In this document: positions 9,780-19,000 of the stretch, piece by piece
Layout: every line of letters starts with the position of its first letter
Numbering within the stretch: the first letter of the stretch is position 1
Assembly: GCA_041396965.1 (NCBI GenBank)
Contig: JAWKXN010000001.1
Location: 1,897,679 to 1,961,678 of the forward strand
DNA length: 64,000 nucleotides
Origin: Rickettsiales bacterium
GTDB taxonomy: Bacteria; Pseudomonadota; Alphaproteobacteria; Rickettsiales; SXRF01
Direction: 5' to 3'
Notes under the pieces: generated by a model
Told to the model about the DNA's origin: nothing
The model's input: only the letters and a program-made list of their open reading frames with translations
Database searches by the model: none
Position numbers and translations under genes: made by a program

Positions 9780-10370
9780 CTATTAACTGAAACAAAATTA
9801 CTGCTAAAAACGGTCGCTGACTTACGGGCTAAGGGTGAGTTGGATGAGGAGAAGTGGGGAAGGATAAGTAAATATATACTAAGTTTCTATGGAGGTGTTT
9901 TTATAATAGCTTCGTCATTTATATTGTATGATTACTTTTATACAAATTTACTAATAAAGTTGCCGTTATTTGCCATAATAATGGCGTTTGTTTTTTTCTT
10001 AACGTTTATGATAATTAATAAAATATTCGTGAAAAAGGTAGTTAACTTTATATTACTATATACGATAGGTAAGAAAGCAATGGCTTCATTAATTAGGTGT
10101 GATTGGACTGAAGGTATGTACTTTGTAAAGCGATATTCTTTAGATTATTCGTACAAAAATAACATTGGAAAGATTTATATAAAGAAAAATGAAAATTGTA
10201 GTGATTTGGGCTTTTTAGGGGCAAACATCAATATATTAACATCCTTAAAAGCAGGAGACAATATTAATATTCTATATTTAGAGAAATACCCTATAACCTC
10301 TACAATTTTTGTTGAGGAGCTAAATGAAAAATATAATTTAAGGAGAGGAACTAATCATGCCACGCTATGA
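9777..10370 (+). CDS. Putative integral-membrane immunity protein
   Basis: Start taken at the conserved cap ATG (MLLTETK...). Hydrophobic segments FYGGVFIIASSFILY and LPLFAIIMAFVFFLTFMII. The 3' end overlaps the start of 10357. Confidence 0.5.
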   Translation: MLLTETKLLLKTVADLRAKGELDEEKWGRISKYILSFYGGVFIIASSFILYDYFYTNLLIKLPLFAIIMAFVFFLTFMIINKIFVKKVVNFILLYTIGKKAMASLIRCDWTEGMYFVKRYSLDYSYKNNIGKIYIKKNENCSDLGFLGANINILTSLKAGDNINILYLEKYPITSTIFVEELNEKYNLRRGTNHATL

Positions 10371-12687
10371 AGATTACGGAACTTATATTAGACGAGATGA
10401 TGCAATAGTCGGAGCTTTCGCTAGTACGATTAATCCTCTTATAGATGATTGGTTATCAAACGCTAAAGTAAAAGTGTTAGCCCAAGAGGTTGTGGAGTCA
10501 ACAAAATTTTTCTTAAAAACAGGTCTTCCTGGAGCAGTAATTGGAGCCTCAGCACAAGCTATTGATGTAACTATTAATAGCGATGGTGACATATCGCTAA
10601 TATATAATACATCAAAATTAAACGTAGGTAATATTTTAGTTGATACTGGAGCAACTTTTTTAATAGCAGCAGGTATTTTAGGTCTGTTAGCGGCGGCAGA
10701 TGTTGCGATTGGAGTTGTTGCTTTAGTAGGGGTTTCTATTGGTGCCAGTTTGTTATGGAGTGGTATAACCGGTGGATTTAATAGTGTTCAGGATATTATA
10801 ACCGATAGCAATGACATCCAAGTCCGCATATTCACGGATGGTGGCACGCATGTGGCTAGTTATATTTATCCGGAGGGGCAGGATTATCCGGACAGTCCGG
10901 CGGAAGCGGTTCAAGGGTTGTTATTTAACTTCGCCCATGCCATCCCTAACAATAACTTCACCATCAACATCAGCGGTGGCAGTGATAGCGGCGCTGAGTT
11001 TAAGATAGACTCCCAACCCTATCAGAATATCGCCGGCAGGGTTGGTGTTTCTGTGGATAATATGATGAGCGTAATCCACTCACCGGAGTATGATAACTCC
11101 AACTACACCGCCAGCAACGCCGTTATGGGTAAGGTGTATTATTACCCAACTAATTATAAACTAAAATTAGTGGTTCCAGTTGTAATTGATGGTGTTACTC
11201 AGAATATATTGGTTAATAATATTTATGATTCCACCGGCAAGATAGCGGGCATAGATTCCAGCCAGTCAACTGACTCCAACCTGATATTAGCGGCAGCCGG
11301 TAATAGCAATGTTTTTGGCACTACCGGCAAGGATTTGATATTGGGCAGTAGCGGCAATAATACCATCAACGGCATTGGTGGTAGCGATATAATCTTCGGC
11401 TATGGTGGTAACGATATAATACATGGCGGAGTTGGGGTAGATAATATATTGGTCGGCGGCAGCGGTGATGACCAGTTGTTCGGACATGGCGGCATTGGTG
11501 GAACTAGCAGCTTTTACGGAGATGGTGGTAATGACATAATAGTTGGCAGCGATGGTAACGACCTGATTCGTGGTGGCGCTGATAACGACACACTGACTGG
11601 TGGTATCGGCAACGACATTATGGATGGTGGCGCTGGTTATGACACTATTAAATACGAAGCCAGTTTTTTTGGTTTAATCGGGCGAGATATAACATTATCA
11701 GAAAGAGCGACAGTACCGGCGGTCTCTAATGCTAAAACCAGCATAGAGGTTGACTTGATGATTGACGTGGAACGGGTTGAGGCGACTTCCGCCAGCGACA
11801 ACATAGGAATAGTTCTCCTGCCCACCACCAAAGTACAGGAGATACACGCCGGTGACGGAGATGATGAGGTATCGGTGGTTGGTTCACTGGTTGCTTTCAA
11901 GCCGACGATATATCTTGAGAATGGCGACGATACTCTGCTCGCTGCCCCTCGTGGGAGTATCGTCTATGGTGGGTCTGGAGCGGATACGTTTGAGCTGGGC
12001 AGTGACTATCTGATAGCCGACGCTGACACCGGCGACACCATCACTTACGGCGGTAGAACAATCCATGGTGGGATTAACTTCAACACCCAAGAATCCCCAT
12101 GGGCAAAGGGGTTATATGGCGTACGTTACGGCAGGAACGAGGATGGTGAACTGGTAATAGTCACTCCTGACGGCAGACAGACTTTCGTTGCTAACTTCAA
12201 TTTTGACCTGGCGGGTGAGCGCACCGCCGGCTTGCTGGTTGGCGAGGGCAGTTCAGAGTTTTACCGCCTGTTGGATTCACCGAAAGGCTTTAATCTTTAT
12301 GATACTTTTGAGGCGATATTTGGCTATTACATGAAGGCGATATCTGGCATATCGTTTTTTCCGGGCATTGACCCGCTGATACTGGACATGGATGGTGACG
12401 GGGTGGAGCTTAACGCCCGTCTTGGTGTCTCACCTTTTTATGATATTGACGCTGACGGCTTTGCCGAGCAAACGGGCTGGGCACGGGGCGATGACGCTTT
12501 CCTCGTGCGTGACCTCAACGCTAACGGGATTATTGATGACGCCTCCGAGATGTTTGTATTATCCCCCGCCCCTGAGCGGGGGTCTCATCCCGTAGTCACA
12601 AAAGCCGTCAATGACAACGTAGCAACACCCACCGCCACCAACGACAATCACCTTGACTTAAGCATTAACACTGCTATTGCTAGTTAA
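10357..12687 (+). CDS. Orphan toxin module 5: glycine/alanine-rich membrane-inserting (pore-former-like) N-terminal domain + RTX + backbone truncated inside the self-processing module, ANDNY-type cap
   Basis: AGGAG SD lies upstream of the ATG. The hydrophobic stretch GATFLIAAGILGLLAAADVAIGVVALVGVSIGASLLWSGITGG is homologous to the N-terminus of 16054..23694. A long RTX block follows. Includes GIDPLILDMDGDG and ends ...IIDDASEMF + VLSPAPERGS...TNDNHLDLSINTAIAS*. Confidence 0.65.
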   Translation: MPRYEDYGTYIRRDDAIVGAFASTINPLIDDWLSNAKVKVLAQEVVESTKFFLKTGLPGAVIGASAQAIDVTINSDGDISLIYNTSKLNVGNILVDTGATFLIAAGILGLLAAADVAIGVVALVGVSIGASLLWSGITGGFNSVQDIITDSNDIQVRIFTDGGTHVASYIYPEGQDYPDSPAEAVQGLLFNFAHAIPNNNFTINISGGSDSGAEFKIDSQPYQNIAGRVGVSVDNMMSVIHSPEYDNSNYTASNAVMGKVYYYPTNYKLKLVVPVVIDGVTQNILVNNIYDSTGKIAGIDSSQSTDSNLILAAAGNSNVFGTTGKDLILGSSGNNTINGIGGSDIIFGYGGNDIIHGGVGVDNILVGGSGDDQLFGHGGIGGTSSFYGDGGNDIIVGSDGNDLIRGGADNDTLTGGIGNDIMDGGAGYDTIKYEASFFGLIGRDITLSERATVPAVSNAKTSIEVDLMIDVERVEATSASDNIGIVLLPTTKVQEIHAGDGDDEVSVVGSLVAFKPTIYLENGDDTLLAAPRGSIVYGGSGADTFELGSDYLIADADTGDTITYGGRTIHGGINFNTQESPWAKGLYGVRYGRNEDGELVIVTPDGRQTFVANFNFDLAGERTAGLLVGEGSSEFYRLLDSPKGFNLYDTFEAIFGYYMKAISGISFFPGIDPLILDMDGDGVELNARLGVSPFYDIDADGFAEQTGWARGDDAFLVRDLNANGIIDDASEMFVLSPAPERGSHPVVTKAVNDNVATPTATNDNHLDLSINTAIAS

Positions 12688-12722
12688 TAAATTATTTACT
12701 CTGGAGTATATGGGTTGAGATG
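12637..12722 (+). repeat. ANDNY cap element, long form (diverged 5' codons: TNDNHLDLSINTAIAS)
   Basis: The 3' 60 nt match the other long copies: ...gctattgctagttaataaattatttactctggagtatatgggttgagatg. Confidence 0.85.
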
Positions 12723-13226
12723 AAGAAGATACTATATTGGATAGGAAGACACTGGATATTATCACTTTTTTTATTAATTGGTAGTGTTTCTTCAGGGCTT
12801 AACTATTCTGGATTTTGTATTGAGCAGGGTAGATGGCTTAGCGATGAGGAGTTTTTATTGGCTATGTTGGGTTACACAGAAGGAGATACTATACGCAATG
12901 AAGAAAGAAAAAAATTCCTTAGAGAAAACCCTGAATGCTGCCGTTTGTACAGAGGAGATACAGGTATGGTGTCAAACATAGACTGGTTGAATAGAATAAC
13001 AGGTTCTATTTATGCATCCGGTGAAGTAGACTCTAAACTTCCTGATACAGAAATATGGTATGGAACAAACCCACCTCTAGATTACTATAGAAGATACATA
13101 ACTCTAGATACTTGCGGGAAGTCATATAGTAAATTTAGCGATAAAATTACAAAACAAGACAGTGAATTATCTTACGAAATATATTTAAGAAAGAAACAAA
13201 AAGGAGTTGCTCATGACAGTTTATAA
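12720..13226 (+). CDS. Putative immunity protein (N-terminal signal/anchor)
   Basis: Starts at the cap ATG. N-terminus has HWILSLFLLIGSVSSG. The 3' end overlaps the start of toxin module 6. Confidence 0.45.
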   Translation: MKKILYWIGRHWILSLFLLIGSVSSGLNYSGFCIEQGRWLSDEEFLLAMLGYTEGDTIRNEERKKFLRENPECCRLYRGDTGMVSNIDWLNRITGSIYASGEVDSKLPDTEIWYGTNPPLDYYRRYITLDTCGKSYSKFSDKITKQDSELSYEIYLRKKQKGVAHDSL

Positions 13227-15633
13227 TTGGAATCAGCTTGGCATTGAAGAAGTTACCAATCTCTACCTTTACGGTTCGTTAAACACTCCGGATAATTTGG
13301 CAAGCGATACATTGATTCGTCCAAAGGTAGTGCGTCAAAATGATGTTTACATGTTTGAAGACGGAACACCTCTTGCATCCATTACTTTAGATACTGTGTC
13401 CTTTATGTCCAGCGGTCCTGGATATTTTGCAAAAGCCTCTAATTCGGCATTAATTCAGCAATTTTTTAATAACACTACGTTGCTTTCTACTAGTGGTGTT
13501 CGCCAAGAATTTAGCCTCGCAATGATAAAAAGTATTCTAGGTTTAAACGATATTCAAAGTAATATTTCTATTCAACAATATGCTTATGATGTTGGAAGCG
13601 CAGATTTTTTACAAAGAAGTTATATCTATAATACTTCTGGGTTTACAATTACGGATAATCATTCTCCAGCCGATAGAAAAATTAAATTTATCATTGAAGC
13701 GGATGGTACAAGACATATACAAAATATGCGAATTCTTCCACTAAGTGATAATTTTGACTTTGACTCATCTGATAAATCAACTGTTCTTGCAAACACTGTT
13801 TTGCAGCCAAATATAGACCCCTCTAATATTGGAAGAAGAGCAAATATTATATTTGACGAAGCAAGTAAAGCCAATGTCCCACTAATAACAGACTATTATA
13901 AAGCTGATTATGATAATGATGTTGCCGCTACGAACAGCTGGTTTGATGCCGCCGCTGGTCTTGCTAAACTTTCTACACTTAGTAGTTCCCTTATTTCTGA
14001 TCTATGGGATTCTGGTGTCACTAAATTCCTTACAGCAGATAACCGCCCTATAATATATGGCACGAATGATGGAGACACATTTAATGCCAGTATATTTAAT
14101 GATTCCAGCCTTCCAACACTTGCTCCCTACGCAAAAAATGGGATTGTATTTATCGGCGGAAAAGGTGATGATACTTTCGTAAATAGCACTCATAATAGCG
14201 ATAATAATGATATATTTGATGGTGGAGAAGGTGTTGATACTGTTAAGTATAGTTCATTTTTATTTGGTAAAGATATTGCAATATCAGAACGTTCTTCCAT
14301 TCCAGAGTTGCCGAGTCCAAACGCTAGTATTAATACCAGTATAGAAGTTGACTTAATTGTTAATATAGAAAAAATAGAAGCAACCAGCAATAGCGACAAC
14401 ATAGGAATAGTTCTCCTGCCCACCACCAAAGTACAGGAGATACACGCCGGTGACGGAGATGATGAGGTATCGGTGGTTGGTTCACTGGTTGCTTTCAAGC
14501 CGACGATATATCTTGAGAATGGTGATGATACTCTGGTCGCTGCCCCTCGTGGCTCCATCGTCTATGGCGGGTCTGGAGCGGATACGTTTGAGCTGGGCAG
14601 TGACTATCTGATAGCCGACGCTGACACCAGCGACACCATCACTTACGGCGGCAGAACAATCCATGGTGGGATTAACTTCAACACCCAAGAATCACCATGG
14701 GCGAAGGGGATTTATGGCGTGCGTTACGGCCGGAATGAGGATGACGAGCTGGTTATCGTAACTCCTGATGGCAGACAGACATTCATCGCTAACTTTAACT
14801 TTGACCTAGCGGGTGAGCGCACCGCTGGCTTGCTGGTTGGCGAGGGAACGCTGGAGTTTCACCGCCTGTTGGAATCACCGAAAGGCTTTAACCTTTACGG
14901 CACGTTTGAGGCGATATTCGGCTATTACATGAAGGCGATATTCGGCATCACCTTCTTTCCGGGCATTGACCCGCTGATACTGGATATGGATGGTGACGGG
15001 GTGGAACTGAACGCCCGTCTTGGTGTCTCGCCTTTTTATGATATTGACGCTGACGGTTTCGCTGAGCAAACGGGCTGGGCACGGGGCGATGATGCTTTTC
15101 TCGTGCGTGACTTAAACGCCAACGGGATTATTGATGATGTCTCGGAGATGTTCGGCGATGTATCAACCACTGGCTTTGACGCGCTTAGAGTGCTAGATAG
15201 TAATAATGACGGGGTGATTGACGCCGCTGATAATGAGTTCTCCACCCTGCTATTATGGCAAGACGTAAATGAGAATATGCTAACAGACGCCGGTGAGCTG
15301 ACAAGCCTTAATGCCGCCGGAATTACCTCCATTGATTTAAGCAGCACGCCAAGCGGTGAGCTGGTCGCCGGTAACTATGTTGACTCTGTGGGCAGCTTCA
15401 CCCTAAGTGATGGCAGCACGCGTGAGATAGCCGACGTTACCTTCCGCGCCAATCAACGTGATACTATCTGGCTGGGTGATGATACGATAGACGCGGTGGC
15501 GGCAACCCTGCCCGAACTTAAAGGATTCGGCACACTAACCGACCTGAGAATAGCCATGACCGATAGCGCGAGCTTGAAGGGGGCAAATGATAATTACGTT
15601 GACATAAGCGTTAACACTGCTATTGCTAGTTAA
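13213..15633 (+). CDS. Orphan toxin module 6: unknown ~330-aa N-terminal domain + backbone with a complete self-processing module, ANDNY-capped
   Basis: I prefer ATG 13213 (AAGGAG 6 nt upstream) over the TTG at 13207. The backbone from HAGDGDDEVSVVG to MTDSASLKG is collinear with the main gene. It ends with G-ANDNYVDISVNTAIAS*. Confidence 0.65.
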   Translation: MTVYNWNQLGIEEVTNLYLYGSLNTPDNLASDTLIRPKVVRQNDVYMFEDGTPLASITLDTVSFMSSGPGYFAKASNSALIQQFFNNTTLLSTSGVRQEFSLAMIKSILGLNDIQSNISIQQYAYDVGSADFLQRSYIYNTSGFTITDNHSPADRKIKFIIEADGTRHIQNMRILPLSDNFDFDSSDKSTVLANTVLQPNIDPSNIGRRANIIFDEASKANVPLITDYYKADYDNDVAATNSWFDAAAGLAKLSTLSSSLISDLWDSGVTKFLTADNRPIIYGTNDGDTFNASIFNDSSLPTLAPYAKNGIVFIGGKGDDTFVNSTHNSDNNDIFDGGEGVDTVKYSSFLFGKDIAISERSSIPELPSPNASINTSIEVDLIVNIEKIEATSNSDNIGIVLLPTTKVQEIHAGDGDDEVSVVGSLVAFKPTIYLENGDDTLVAAPRGSIVYGGSGADTFELGSDYLIADADTSDTITYGGRTIHGGINFNTQESPWAKGIYGVRYGRNEDDELVIVTPDGRQTFIANFNFDLAGERTAGLLVGEGTLEFHRLLESPKGFNLYGTFEAIFGYYMKAIFGITFFPGIDPLILDMDGDGVELNARLGVSPFYDIDADGFAEQTGWARGDDAFLVRDLNANGIIDDVSEMFGDVSTTGFDALRVLDSNNDGVIDAADNEFSTLLLWQDVNENMLTDAGELTSLNAAGITSIDLSSTPSGELVAGNYVDSVGSFTLSDGSTREIADVTFRANQRDTIWLGDDTIDAVAATLPELKGFGTLTDLRIAMTDSASLKGANDNYVDISVNTAIAS
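14443..15584 (+). repeat. 1.14-kb direct repeat of main-gene segment 17356..18497 (constant offset 2913 bp)
   Basis: Collinear by eye. The last ~300 bp (about 15277..15584 vs 18190..18497) show no mismatch I could find. Confidence 0.85.
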
Positions 15634-15669
15634 TAAATTATTTACTCTAAACTGTGGATGGGTGAGATG
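15583..15669 (+). repeat. ANDNY cap element, long form
   Basis: gcaaatgataattacgttgacataagcgttaacactgctattgctagttaataaattatttactctaaactgtggatgggtgagatg. Confidence 0.85.
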
Positions 15670-15683
15670 AAAAAAGCAACAAA

Positions 15684-16061
15684 ATGGTACAGACGATGAC
15701 AGAAAAAATATTCTTGATTTCTATTCAGATTATAGGAGTCCTATTACTATTATTCTTAACTTTTTATATCCCCTATCGCTTGGCTCTTAGAAATAAAGAA
15801 AAAAGAACAATCTTTATTAAAAATGCAGTAAGAACTGAAGGGACTATAGAAGGAATAGTTTTAGCGAATATAAAGCCTATACATTTTTCCTTGAAATATT
15901 TTTTTACCGATAAGCACGGTGGAATATACAAGGGAACTGATGATATAGGGCTATCTATATTCAAATACAAAAAAGGTCAAAAAATTACTATTTATTATGA
16001 CCCTAATAAACCAGATAAAAATATTATAGAGCACAAAGGAAAGAAGGATAGTTATGTCTAA
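15684..16061 (+). CDS. Putative membrane immunity protein of the expressed toxin
   Basis: One clear TM segment (IFLISIQIIGVLLLLFLTFYIPY). Its stop overlaps the main-gene ATG by 8 nt. Confidence 0.5.
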   Translation: MVQTMTEKIFLISIQIIGVLLLLFLTFYIPYRLALRNKEKRTIFIKNAVRTEGTIEGIVLANIKPIHFSLKYFFTDKHGGIYKGTDDIGLSIFKYKKGQKITIYYDPNKPDKNIIEHKGKKDSYV

Positions 16062-19000
16062 CATATTTGGATATTATAAAGCAGAAAATATGCCTAGAGT
16101 GACAAGCAGTGGTACAATCTCTGGGTTAAATGCATATATCGCAGCATTAGAAACTGGTCTCATAGAAGTATTAGAGTATAATAAAACTTTACCGGGCATA
16201 GCTTTACGATTTGCTTTGATCGGTGATGGTATAACAGGAGCTTCGAGCCAAACCTTAAACATAATATATAATGACGATGAAACGTTTAGCATAGATGGTT
16301 ATCTTAACAATGCTAAATTTGCGCTAACTCAAACTGCTGCTTCTACCGCTATAGCTGGAGCTATATTTCTTATAACTGGCACCTCTGTCGGTATAGCCGG
16401 AGTTATCGGTATATCCGCCGCTACCTCTTTGGTGTTTTCCGTAATAGATGGTGTAACAGATAGCTTCTATGGAATGGGAAGACCAGTTAACGTTAAATTC
16501 TACGATCAGTCTGGAGAACATGTTTCTGGTTTTTTATATCCTGATGGGTTGGACGGTTCTGCCAATCAAAAAACGACTGCCGTTCGCAATTTAATTTTTG
16601 CCGCTGGTTCAGAAATAGCCAATGGCGGCACCATTGAGATTGAGACCTCATATTTTGACACATTGCTGGATAGCTCATACACTCTTTACGATGGTTCTTT
16701 TACTAATTTTATTGTAGGAGCAAGCGCCGCAACCAGCGTTACGGATTTTTTAACAACTGGTGATGGTAAAAATCTTGAAGCGCACGCCTTCGCGCCAAAT
16801 AATCCCTCAACCGCTAAAGAATATTACTTCTTTGAGGATAATGAAGTGGCTCTTGATATACCGGTATTTATTAACGGTGTTAAAGAGGTAATAACTGTCA
16901 ATAATATTTATGAAGGGAATACAAGTAACGCCCCTGATTCAATTTATATCGGAGATGGTACAGGCAAAAACTTAATAATAAACACTGGTTTCTCACCGAC
17001 TCTTGTCGGTAATGAAAATGATGATTTAATACTTGGTGGCGGTGACGCTGAGGTGTTAAACGGAAAAGAAGGAGACGATATTTTAATCGCCGGTGGTGGC
17101 AATGACTTTCTCATCGGTGGCGAAGGCAACGATTATATAGATGGTGGTGATGGAACCGATACGCTGCAATATCTTCATAGCAATAGTTTCTTTAACAGAA
17201 CAATAAATATAAAGGAAGGTGTCGGACATGTTCCTTCCTCATTATTTCGTTTTAGTGAAACAGATTCAATATTAAATGTAGAAGAAATAGATTTTGCTGA
17301 TTCAGCGGACAACATCAATATTACATTACTCGCTAACACTGCCGTTCAGAAAATCCACGCCGGTGACGGAGACGATGAGGTATCAGTTGTTGGTTCACTG
17401 GTGGGGACATTCCCGAGAATCTTCCTTGAGAATGGCGACGATACTCTGCTCGCCGCTCCTCGTGGGAGTATCGTCTATGGCGGTAGCGGTGCTGACAAGT
17501 TTGAACTTGGCAGTGACTATCTGATAGCCGACGCTGACACCAGCGACACCATCACTTACGGCGGCAGAACAATCCATGGCGGGATTAACTTCAACACCCA
17601 AGAATCGCCATGGGCAAAGGGGTTGTATGGCGTGCGTTACGGCCGGAATGACGCTGACGAGCTGGTTATCGTCACTCCTGATGGCAGACAGACTTTCGTT
17701 GCTAACTTCAATTTTGACCTGGCGGGTGAGCGCACCGCCGGCTTGCTGGTTGGCGAGGGCAGTCTGGAGTTTTACCGCCTGTTGGAATCCCCGAAAGGCT
17801 TTAATCTTTACGGCACGTTTGAGGCGATATTCGGCTATTACATGAAGGCGATATTCGGCATCACCTTCTTTCCGGGCATTGACCCGCTGATACTGGACAT
17901 GGATGGTGACGGGGTGGAACTGAACGCCCGTCTTGGTGTCTCGCCTTTTTATGATATTGACGCTGACGGATTCGCCGAGCAAACAGGCTGGGCACGGGGC
18001 GATGACGCTTTCCTCGTGCGTGACCTCAACGCTAACGGGATTATTGATGATGTCTCAGAGATGTTCGGCGATGTCACCACCACGGGCTTTGACGCGCTTA
18101 GAGTGCTAGATAGTAATAATGACGGAGTGATTGACGCCGCTGATAATGAGTTCTCCACCCTGCTATTATGGCAAGACGTAAATGAGAATATGCTAACCGA
18201 CGCCGGTGAGCTGACAAGCCTTAATGCCGCCGGAATTACCTCCATTGATTTAAGCAGCACGCCAAGCGGTGAGCTGGTCGCCGGTAACTATGTTGACTCT
18301 GTGGGCAGCTTCACCCTAAGTGATGGCAGCACGCGTGAGATAGCCGACGTTACCTTCCGCGCCAATCAACGTGATACTATCTGGCTGGGTGATGATACGA
18401 TAGACGCGGTGGCGGCAACCCTGCCCGAACTTAAAGGATTCGGCACACTAACCGACCTGAGAATAGCCATGACCGATAGCGCGAGCTTGAAGGGGGCGGT
18501 ACAGACCGCGCTTACTCAGCTGGGAACGATTGACCTTGGGGCGATGATTAGCGCGATAACTCCGGTACTTAATGAATGGCGGGACGCGGTGCCCGCTCCT
18601 GCGGACGTACCGGGTATGGTGGCGCGCTCGGATGTGCCGATTCTCGCGATAAATGATATTAACGGCGCGCAGGTGATTGATTTTGCCTATCAAGTCAGTG
18701 ACGAGCAGGGTTCGTACTGGAAGCTGGCTAGTGGTGAGGCAGTGAAGGATTCCGGCGGGGTGGTGATTGACCGTCCGCAAGTCGCTGATGTTATGGCGCA
18801 GACTCCAACAAGCGGCACGTGGCAGACATTTTCCGGTGAGCATATCCAGTTTCTGGAGCGTTATTTAAGTGTTGAGTTGCCGCTTGGGGTGGATAATTTA
18901 GCCGGCAGTACGGCGATTGCCGCCGCCGGTGATATGCTTAACGATATGTGGGATATGCTTGGTGGCATAGCGGTGCGGCTTGCGGCGCAAGGACCACTTG

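Noticed and set aside
14190-14558. Long antisense ORFs inside the RTX backbone copies (for example 14190..14558, 17395..17982, 6910..7200, 15036..15347, 17949..18260, 11637..11900, 9175..9456)
   Set aside because: They occur only opposite the GC-richer Gly/Asp-coding backbone and recur wherever the backbone is repeated. They lack start contexts and overlap well-supported sense genes, so they are shadow ORFs.
1373-15669. The regularly recurring ~85-bp cap repeats as a CRISPR array or integron attC sites
   Set aside because: Spacing is 2.4-3 kb, not tens of bp, and the repeats lie inside or at the end of coding sequence. No cas or integron-integrase gene is in the window. The element has only a weak 5-bp inverted repeat (TTAAC/GTTAA), unlike attC.
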